This document shows, piece after piece, positions 9,138 to 16,613 of a stretch of 64,000 bases of DNA (positions are counted from its first letter, which is position 1; each line of letters starts with the position of its first letter). The DNA comes from Candidatus Poriferisocius sp. (GTDB lineage: Bacteria; Actinomycetota; Acidimicrobiia; Acidimicrobiales; Bin134). The stretch covers positions 3,262,058-3,326,057 of the forward strand of contig NZ_CBDBOM010000003.1 in NCBI RefSeq assembly GCF_965208355.1, given 5' to 3'. The notes under the pieces were generated by a model that searched no databases, was not told where the DNA came from, and worked only from the letters and a program-made list of their open reading frames with translations. The translations under genes and the position numbers were made by a program.

Positions 9138-10085
9138 CTACGACGGTGGATTCGCCAAGAGTTCTTGGATGGGAAGAAAGTTGTCAGGCCAGCCGTAGGG
9201 TTGGCAATCCTCGGGAATGCACACGACGTGTTCGCGCAAGACCCACTCGCTTGGTTCCTGCTGCATGATTTCTCCAACTGAATTCATATCTGACATCACA
9301 AAGGACTGAAGATCATCGCCGTCATAGGTCACATCTTCAACGAAGGCGACAAATCCATACGGCCTTACATCATCAGCATTCCATTGTGCGACGGACCCTG
9401 GCACAACGGGTCGACCGGGTTCATCTAAGAATTCCAAACCAGCATCAATTGCAGCGTCGTCCCAGTCGGCCGCGTTTCCCCATATCCTTCCAGATGGAAG
9501 TGAGAATCTATTGTGGAATTCGACCCCAGTGCCGGCATCGTCTGAATTGAGCCGCCAAGCAACATAAGACGTGGCAAAGCCCGCCAAGAAGCACCACTGA
9601 TCCGATCCTCGTGCGCCGAGGCAGTCGTCCATTTTGACTTCACGCCGATACTGCTCGAGGAGATCCGATGATTCTGACGGTTCCGGGTTCTCAGATGTGC
9701 CGGAATTTGCTTCAGTTGGTTCTGCCTCGGGTAGGGCCGTCCCTGAGGGGTCAAGGGAGGAGCCTGATGGGCTAGTCGGGGATAGCACTTCGGATTCGGG
9801 CTCCTCCGCCTCAGAGACTTCAGGGGTAGAAGCCGCCGGGGTTTCAGATGGCGGGTTTTCGGAGCTACTGCCTTGATTGATGGTTTGGGAGCACCCGACA
9901 ATGACGGTGAGCGTACCGATGTTGACGAGGGCTACGGTTACCCCCCCTATTGCAAGACTCAAAAGAACGGTCTTAACGGGGTGAGCTAGCACCCAGCGCC
10001 CCCACTCCTTCATCCAGCGCAAAAACCTGCTAACGACAGTTTCAGGGGCTTCCTGTTCTGGGGCTTCTTGCTCCTGTTCGTTCAT
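9138..10085 (-). CDS. Membrane-anchored CHAP-domain-like protein, catalytic residues substituted
   Basis: TM helix, Ser/Pro/Glu linker, then TSYVAWRL..WGNAADW..PGSVAQW..GFVAFVE..SDMN, matching the CHAP motif layout. Confidence 0.75.
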   Translation of the reverse strand: MNEQEQEAPEQEAPETVVSRFLRWMKEWGRWVLAHPVKTVLLSLAIGGVTVALVNIGTLTVIVGCSQTINQGSSSENPPSETPAASTPEVSEAEEPESEVLSPTSPSGSSLDPSGTALPEAEPTEANSGTSENPEPSESSDLLEQYRREVKMDDCLGARGSDQWCFLAGFATSYVAWRLNSDDAGTGVEFHNRFSLPSGRIWGNAADWDDAAIDAGLEFLDEPGRPVVPGSVAQWNADDVRPYGFVAFVEDVTYDGDDLQSFVMSDMNSVGEIMQQEPSEWVLREHVVCIPEDCQPYGWPDNFLPIQELLANPPS

Positions 10086-10264
10086 TGAACTCTGGCCCTA
10101 GGCGGATGGGCAGGTTTGATTCGAATCTAGCAGCGTCGGCGAGGTCGATGATAGGACTTATTACTTAAGCCCAATCTGGTTGGGATCGGGTGGAGGTTGC
10201 CGCATTCCAGAATGGAATGGATAGGCCCGCCGACCAGAACGGCCCAGAGCCAATCTGTGGGTAG

Positions 10265-10330
10265 ACGCGGAGTGGCCCGGCCGCTGGGGCCGGGCCACTT
10301 CGTTTTGTATTACTGGTTCAGATGAACCAG
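10265..10330 (-). terminator. Double hairpin after paralog 3; contains right inner inverted repeat
   Basis: Same 12-bp stem (10271-10299) and ctggttc/gaaccag stem as after paralog 2. Confidence 0.75.
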
Positions 10331-10337
10331 GGTCGGT

Positions 10338-13300
10338 TTAGCTGCTAGGGGCTTGTGGCAGTGCCGTTCCCGGCGTGCTCGGCCTGGGGTTGCTGCACCG
10401 GTCGGCGGCCAGGTGGCCAGCGCTGTCACCGAAGTCGGTGGTGCCCAACTCGGCGCAAGCCCGGGCCAGAGCCGCAGCAAACTGGTCGTGGTTCAAGAAG
10501 CCCGCTTGCAGAGCGTTCTGGCGGGCCACGGCCTCACGGCGGGTGTAGCCCAGCGAGCAGATGTCGGCCACGCCGTCGCCGTCGCTGTCGAAGGCGTACA
10601 GCGGCTGGCCGCCCAGGCTCAGGTTGGTGCAGAAGTTCTCATCGGAGACGATGCCCGAGAAGAACACATCCCGCACCGCAGGATCAACCGGCGCCGGCGG
10701 ACTCGACACCCGGCGGGCGAACGTTCCAGCCGGACCGCACGCATCAGCATTCAAAGCAGCATCAGAGTCACCCAAGTTCTTGGGCGCCGAAGCGCACTGG
10801 CTGGGAATGGCATCTTCAGCTTCGACCGGCGGAGTCGCAGTGTCGTCAGCTTCCACAGCATCCTTGCCATGCAGGTGATCCTTGAACGTGTCCGGGAACA
10901 GAGCGGCCAGCTCGTTCAAAGCGTTCTGAGTGGCCACAGCCTCGCGGCGGGTGGTCTTCAGCGAGCAGATGTCGGCCACGCCGTCGCCATTGCTGTCGAA
11001 GGCGAAGGTCTGCGGACCGCCCAGGCTGTACCCGGTACAGAAGTCCGGACCGGTGATAATGCCGGAGTAGTAGCCGTCGCTCACCGTGATGGTTACCCGA
11101 GCAGTGTTGGTCTGCTCTGTGCCACCCGTCGGGGTGAAGGACACCGTCAGCGAGAAGTGGAGCTTGATGCTGTTGAAGCCGTGCAGGCTCGGAGCATCGA
11201 AGTACGGGAACCTGGTGGTCGCCTGCTTCAACTCCCCACCAGCAGTCGGGTGGTAGGTGCCGATTGTCCCGTAGTCGGGGTAGCCGGCGACCTGGCTGCC
11301 AGCATCGACCTCGTCGGCGGTGCCGTCAGTGGTGGTGTCGGCGTTGCCGTCATAGGGGAACCACTCGCCCTCGACATAACCACCGGCAACCTCCTGCGGA
11401 GTCAGGGCCGGACGGTCCTGGGTGGCCGGATCGGTGGTGATCCCGGTGTAGGTCCACAGATAGCTCAGGCCAACAGCGGTGCCCGCCGAGCTGCTGCTAC
11501 CAGAGCCATTCAGGCGGACGAACCCACCGGAGGACACCTGCTGGTTGGCACCAGCGTTGGCCACCGTGCGGTACTGCTCGTTGTCGTAGACCGTGACGAC
11601 CACATCGTCAGTGCTGGACTGGCCCCAGCTATCGGTCACCGTGAATCGGATGGGGATCTGATAGGCGTTGACGTTGGGAGTATTGGTGTCATCGTCGTGG
11701 TCGATCGAGATGATCGGCAGATTCACGCTGTCCACCTCGGGCACCGAGAAGGAAGCCGTCTCCTGATCAGCGTTGTCGATGCTCAGGTAGGCCTTCCTCG
11801 GCAGCCTGATGTCCACAATTTCAGCTACTGACCCTGTGAGGCCGGTGTCGGCTGAGGTATCAAGAGCCGGAGGAGTGGCAGTGGTGAGCGGATAGGCCCG
11901 CTCAGTCCAGCTGAAGGTGAGGTCGTTGGCATCGGCATCGAACCCGATACCCCGCAGCATGACCTGGCCGGTGGGCAGATTGAAGGCACCGATGGTACCG
12001 CCGTTGGGACCATCGCCAACCGAGATGTTCACCGGAGCAACCGCCTCGGGGGCCGTGTTGCGCACGGCCACGATGGTCACCGTGGTGGTGCTGCTGCGCA
12101 TCGTACTATCGGTCACAGTGATGTTGACCTCGTACTCGGTTCCTTGAGGAGCAGTCCGAGGAACCATCAGCGTGGCCACAGTCGGTGCGGCAGGATCAGG
12201 AACCCGAACGCCATCGCCTGAGAAAGAGGTGATAAGACCGGTATTGCCGCCAGTGAGGCCGATGTCGGCATCAAACGGCATCGCGGTGATGGTCACCGTG
12301 TTGTTTGGCGCAACCAGGAACCGGTTGGCGCCCAAGCTGCTGCGCACCAAAGGAGTCGCGGTTCCGTCGACATCATACGTTGCCGTGATCGGTGCAGTGC
12401 GGGTGCCGGCCACCGGATCGTTGGGCTGGTCGTGGATGACGATCAGCACGTCGGCGGTGTCGGTGTTGCCACCAGCAGTGGCGCCGTTGTCGTCAATTGT
12501 CAAGCGGTAGTAGGCGTAGAACGGATTGGGGCCAGAGCCGTCGGTGTTCGCCAGTGCAATAACGGTCCTGCCAGCGTCGTTGTCAGCGTCAGCAACTGAT
12601 TCGCTACCTACGCTGGAGCTGATCTTCTTACCAGTAGCGGCATTGTCCGAACCGCCGGGGAGGGACGGATCGAGATCGGCGGCGTTGTTGGAGACACCGG
12701 TATCGGCGCTGCTGTCATAGACGCGGGACCAGGAGAACATGGCATCAGTCAGGCGTGGGGTGTCGGGGTCGGTGCTGCCGGAACCGTCAAACGTCAGCAG
12801 GGCGCCTTCCTTGATGTGCCACTCGTAGTCAGCATTGTCGCCCTCACCTGGCCGGGAGATGATGGCGTCAATCGTGTATTCCTCGTCGTCCTCGTCGATC
12901 ATCCCGTCACCGTCGTCGTCGTAGTTGGCCACGGCAGTGGGGTTCTTCAAGAACGCGGACACGGTGATGTCGGCGGTGGGGCTCTCGGCGGCCCGGAAGT
13001 TGTAGGTCACCGTGTCAGTATCGGACAGGGCGCCAACATCGGTCCGCGGGTTGGCATCCCACACCGTCAACCGGAACTCGATGGACTGACCGTAGCGAGC
13101 AATGGATGCCTCATTCGGAACGATGAAGGTGACATCCGTTGTCGAGCCGGAAACAGGGGTGAGGGCAAGCCAGTCCTTATAGGTGTCGGTCACCACTTCC
13201 CACTGATGGAGGTTGATCCCGTCGCCGCCCGTGTTGTCGGGATCAAAGCTGCGAGAACCCACCAACGTCTGGACCACGTAGTCGTCCGCCGTGCCAGCAG

Positions 13301-13517
13301 TGCCGTCAGGGCCGTTATTGGGAGTGGCATCGCCGAGCGTTGCGATCGCGACTGGGGGGAGGTTGGGCGGGGTTTGCGCCTGGGAGCCGGGCGCGGTCCA
13401 GATCAGCACGCTCGCTACCAACGCCAACAGCGCCCCGAGCGCGAGCAAGGACCTGCGACGACCAGCAGCACTCCCGCCGCCGGACCAAACCGAGTGAAGC
13501 ATCGTCATCATGGGCAA
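10338..13517 (-). CDS. PKD/Ig-like repeat surface (S-layer-like) protein, paralog 3; complete copy at the putative expression site
   Basis: Full signal peptide (…GRRRSLLALGALLALVASVLIWTAPGSQA-Q), AGAAAG RBS-like sequence, PKD-like repeats, duplicated C-terminal module; start may be TTG 13517 or ATG 13511/13508. Confidence 0.88.
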   Translation of the reverse strand: MPMMTMLHSVWSGGGSAAGRRRSLLALGALLALVASVLIWTAPGSQAQTPPNLPPVAIATLGDATPNNGPDGTAGTADDYVVQTLVGSRSFDPDNTGGDGINLHQWEVVTDTYKDWLALTPVSGSTTDVTFIVPNEASIARYGQSIEFRLTVWDANPRTDVGALSDTDTVTYNFRAAESPTADITVSAFLKNPTAVANYDDDGDGMIDEDDEEYTIDAIISRPGEGDNADYEWHIKEGALLTFDGSGSTDPDTPRLTDAMFSWSRVYDSSADTGVSNNAADLDPSLPGGSDNAATGKKISSSVGSESVADADNDAGRTVIALANTDGSGPNPFYAYYRLTIDDNGATAGGNTDTADVLIVIHDQPNDPVAGTRTAPITATYDVDGTATPLVRSSLGANRFLVAPNNTVTITAMPFDADIGLTGGNTGLITSFSGDGVRVPDPAAPTVATLMVPRTAPQGTEYEVNITVTDSTMRSSTTTVTIVAVRNTAPEAVAPVNISVGDGPNGGTIGAFNLPTGQVMLRGIGFDADANDLTFSWTERAYPLTTATPPALDTSADTGLTGSVAEIVDIRLPRKAYLSIDNADQETASFSVPEVDSVNLPIISIDHDDDTNTPNVNAYQIPIRFTVTDSWGQSSTDDVVVTVYDNEQYRTVANAGANQQVSSGGFVRLNGSGSSSSAGTAVGLSYLWTYTGITTDPATQDRPALTPQEVAGGYVEGEWFPYDGNADTTTDGTADEVDAGSQVAGYPDYGTIGTYHPTAGGELKQATTRFPYFDAPSLHGFNSIKLHFSLTVSFTPTGGTEQTNTARVTITVSDGYYSGIITGPDFCTGYSLGGPQTFAFDSNGDGVADICSLKTTRREAVATQNALNELAALFPDTFKDHLHGKDAVEADDTATPPVEAEDAIPSQCASAPKNLGDSDAALNADACGPAGTFARRVSSPPAPVDPAVRDVFFSGIVSDENFCTNLSLGGQPLYAFDSDGDGVADICSLGYTRREAVARQNALQAGFLNHDQFAAALARACAELGTTDFGDSAGHLAADRCSNPRPSTPGTALPQAPSS
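13343..13484 (-). repeat. Right outer inverted repeat, pairs with 5350-5491
   Basis: Reverse complement of 5350-5491 with 6 mismatches. Confidence 0.95.
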
Positions 13518-13559
13518 CTTTCTATCAGACCGGGTCAGTGGTTCAAAGTCTATAGGGTC

Positions 13560-13626
13560 GCCGACACCCTAATGGGACAGAACCGCTCGGTTCTGTGTCG
13601 GCGGACTGAGCCCGACCCCGGCTCAG
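13560..13626 (-). promoter_or_regulatory. Structured 5' leader of paralog 3
   Basis: Stems ctgagcc/ggctcag (13606-13626), acagaaccg/cggttctgt (13577-13596), gccgacac/gtgtcggc (13560-13602). Confidence 0.5.
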
Positions 13627-13636
13627 CACGGGGAAT

Positions 13637-13665
13637 AGTTTGTCAGGTCTTGGGGGAAGTTTCAA
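13637..13665 (-). promoter_or_regulatory. Candidate sigma70-type promoter
   Basis: Minus strand TTGAAA-17 bp-CAAACT with TG extended -10, just upstream of the first leader hairpin. Confidence 0.4.
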
Positions 13666-13742
13666 ACACTCCCAGACAATCTTCCGACCATTTCTTGCAG
13701 GAAGGAACAGGTCAGCCCGCTAGAGAATCGCCAAAACCGCCC

Positions 13743-16301
13743 TCAGGCGCAGGCATCTCGGCTCAAGTGTCGGGGGTCGTCGCCGAAGTCGGCGGTGCCG
13801 AGTTCTCTACAGGCCAGGGCCAGGGCATTGTCAAAGGACGCTCGGGGGCTTGCGAAGACATTGAGGGCGTGCTGGCGGGCGACGGCCTCACGGCGGGTGT
13901 AGGGCAGCACGCAGGTGTCGGCCACGCCGTCGGCGTTGCTGTCGAAGGGGTAGAGGCGGGCGCCGCCCAGGCTCAGGTTGGTGCAGAAGTCGGGGCCGTC
14001 GACCAGCGCGCCGGAGAAGAACGTGTCAGCCAGGTGAGGGGGCACCGGGGGTGGCGGGCCGGCCACCCGGGAGGTGGCGCAGGCGTCTTGGGCCAGGTTG
14101 GCGGGATCGTCGCCGAAGTCGCCGGCGATGCGGTTGCAGGCCAAAAGCACCTGGGTGGTGAACCGGGTGTTGTTGAGCGAGGCCAGCGTGGCGAGCGCGT
14201 TTTGGCGGGCGATGGCCTCGCGGCGGGTGGTGCGCAAAGAGCAGGTGTCGGCCACGCCGTCGCGGTCGCTGTCGAAGGCGTAGGTGGGGGGGCCGCCCAG
14301 GCTCAGGTTGGTGCAGAAGTCGGGGCCGTTGATGACCCCGGAGAAGAACCGGCCGGCCACGGTGATGGTCACGGTGTCGGAGTCGGTGGCCCGGGTGCTG
14401 TCTCGCACGGTGAGGGTGAAGGTGAACGACACGCTGGTGTAGCTGCCGATGTCGGCGGGGGCGTCGAAGTAGGGAACCGCGCTGTTGGCCCCGAACAAGA
14501 TGTTGGGATAGACGTTGCTGGCGGGCAGAAAGCCCGCCAGGGCCAGGCGGTCGAACTGGGTGAGCGGGCGCTCGGATTGGGGCGGAGTGGTTTCGAATCC
14601 GGTGTAGGTCCAGCGCCAGGAGGTGATCCGGTTGGTGCGGTTGGGATCGATGCTGCCGGAGCCGTCGAGGCGGACCTGGGTGCCGGGCTCCACGCTCTGG
14701 TTGGGGCCGGCGTCGGCTTCGGGGGGATTGATGTTGCCCAGCACGATGACCGTGACGGTGTCGGTGTCGTTGGCGCCCCACTGGTCGATCACGATGAAGC
14801 CGAGGTACACCTCGAGCTCGCTGAAGCCGGCGACGTCGGGGGGTGTGAACGACACGGTGGCGGTGTCGGCGTTCATCAGCTCGAGGGTGGGCTCATCGAG
14901 GGGATCGCCGTTGGCGTCGGCCTGGAACCAGCGATAGCGCAGCGGATCGCCGTCGGCGTCGGAGCCGGTGCCGGTGAGGATCACCAGGCCTTGGCGGTTG
15001 GTGCCGCCCCGGGGGCCGTCGTCCACCACGGCATCGGCGGGGGCGGTGGCCCGGGGGCGGTTGTTGTCGGCCACGGTGAACACGACCACGTCTCGCCCGA
15101 TGCGGTTGGTGGGATCGGACACGGTAACGGTCACTACGTAGGTTTGGCCCTGGGGGGCGTTGGTGGGGGCTGAGAACGTGGCCCGGGAGGTGGGGCCGTG
15201 GGTGGCGTTGGAGGAGGCGGGGTTGACGCCGGTGCCCACCCAAGTGTGGACCAGCCTTGAGGCGTCGCCGGTGTCGCGGTCGGTGGCTCGGGCGATGAGC
15301 TCCACGGTGGCGCCGGGGCGGACCACGTAGTTGAGGGTGGGGTTGTCGGGATTGAGGGCGTTGGCGTCTTGGACCGGCTGGCGGGCGTTGTAGAGCTCGA
15401 GTTCGACCTCGGGGGCGAAGGGCTCGTCGACCACGTTGATGCGCACCGAGGCCACCACCTGCTGGCTGGTGCCGCTGGTGACGGTGAGGGTGTAGATGAC
15501 GACGGCGGTTTGGCCCTGGCGCAGGTTGGCGGGAAACAGCAGGGTGACGTCTTGGTCGTCGCGGTCTTCGAAGGGGACGCGGAACTCGTTGTAGGAGGGG
15601 ACGGCCGAGAGCCGGGTCCATTGGAATCGCAGCGTGCTGTTGGCGGTGGCGCCGACGCCGGAGCGGCCGACGCCGTTGAGGGTGACGCGGGCGCCCTCTC
15701 GCACCGTCCACTCGTCGTCGTCGTTGCCGCCTTGGCCGGGGCGGCGGACCACGCCGGGGACGGTGTAGCGCTCGTCGTCTTCGATGATGTGGTTGTTGTT
15801 GGCGTCTATGGGATTGGGGTCGGCGATGAAGGCGGTGAGGCCGATGGCCGCAGTGGGCGGGCCCTCGAAGTTGAGGGTGACGGTGTCGGTGCCGGTTGCG
15901 CCCTCGGGATCGGTGACGGTGAGGCGGAACTGGATGGTGTAGCCGTATCGGGCCGCTTCGGAGGGCGACGGGGATATGAACGTGGCGGTGCGGCCCCGGG
16001 GGAAGCCGGTGGGGGTGATGGCGAGCCAGGAATAGTTGGAGGTGATGACTTCCCAGCGGTAGTCGAGCACTTGGTTAGCGCCGTCGATGTCGAAGCTGCG
16101 GGTGGCGTCGAGGGTGACGAAGCCCGAGCCGAGGGCGACGGCGCGATCGGCGCCCGCTCGGGCGATTGGGGGGGAGTTCTGGGTTTGGGCCGCGGCGGTG
16201 GAGGCGGGGGCCAGAGCGAGGACGGCGGCTAACAGAGTGGCGGCGAGAACGGTGCTGAGGGCGCGCTTGTTAAGGGCGGGGAGTGGGCGGGCGATGGCCA
16301 T
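13743..16301 (-). CDS. Secreted PKD/Ig-like repeat surface protein, paralog 4
   Basis: Signal peptide ending AAA-Q; PxAxAGxD..LDxxxSxDxD PKD-like repeats; duplicated C-terminal GPDFCTNLSLGG module. Confidence 0.82.
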   Translation of the reverse strand: MAIARPLPALNKRALSTVLAATLLAAVLALAPASTAAAQTQNSPPIARAGADRAVALGSGFVTLDATRSFDIDGANQVLDYRWEVITSNYSWLAITPTGFPRGRTATFISPSPSEAARYGYTIQFRLTVTDPEGATGTDTVTLNFEGPPTAAIGLTAFIADPNPIDANNNHIIEDDERYTVPGVVRRPGQGGNDDDEWTVREGARVTLNGVGRSGVGATANSTLRFQWTRLSAVPSYNEFRVPFEDRDDQDVTLLFPANLRQGQTAVVIYTLTVTSGTSQQVVASVRINVVDEPFAPEVELELYNARQPVQDANALNPDNPTLNYVVRPGATVELIARATDRDTGDASRLVHTWVGTGVNPASSNATHGPTSRATFSAPTNAPQGQTYVVTVTVSDPTNRIGRDVVVFTVADNNRPRATAPADAVVDDGPRGGTNRQGLVILTGTGSDADGDPLRYRWFQADANGDPLDEPTLELMNADTATVSFTPPDVAGFSELEVYLGFIVIDQWGANDTDTVTVIVLGNINPPEADAGPNQSVEPGTQVRLDGSGSIDPNRTNRITSWRWTYTGFETTPPQSERPLTQFDRLALAGFLPASNVYPNILFGANSAVPYFDAPADIGSYTSVSFTFTLTVRDSTRATDSDTVTITVAGRFFSGVINGPDFCTNLSLGGPPTYAFDSDRDGVADTCSLRTTRREAIARQNALATLASLNNTRFTTQVLLACNRIAGDFGDDPANLAQDACATSRVAGPPPPVPPHLADTFFSGALVDGPDFCTNLSLGGARLYPFDSNADGVADTCVLPYTRREAVARQHALNVFASPRASFDNALALACRELGTADFGDDPRHLSRDACA

Positions 16302-16613
16302 GAACTGAGGATAGCGGTGGGTTGGGTTTGATTTAGGTCAGCGGCTGCGGGCGTCGCCGCGGGCCTCGCAGGAGGCGATGGTTGTCTTTCGGGCGGGCTT
16401 AGACGGGGGCGGTGTGGACGATGGCCGTCATTGCTCCGAGCATCGCCACCGAGACGCTGACGAAGGTGATAACCATCGTTCGGGTCATGCGCGCTAGCTG
16501 AAGGGCGACCACATCACCGTCGCCGAGTGATGGCCCAACCCTAACGGCTGACAGACCCTGTTACAACCGAGTCATACTGCCCCCATAGAGGCCTAAGGGA
16601 GGCTCTCTCTCCC

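Noticed and set aside
13560-13626. Known riboswitch (c-di-GMP or c-di-AMP) in the leader
   Set aside because: Conserved signature nucleotides not recognised; kept only as a structured leader
5395-15173. Long antisense ORFs (5395-7272, 7357-8346, 10353-11831, 12816-15173)
   Set aside because: Shadow frames of high-GC genes; V/G-rich translations with no recognisable motifs
996-16301. Diversity-generating retroelement as the cause of the repeated C-terminal module
   Set aside because: No reverse transcriptase; all copies are coding and the differences are not adenine-specific
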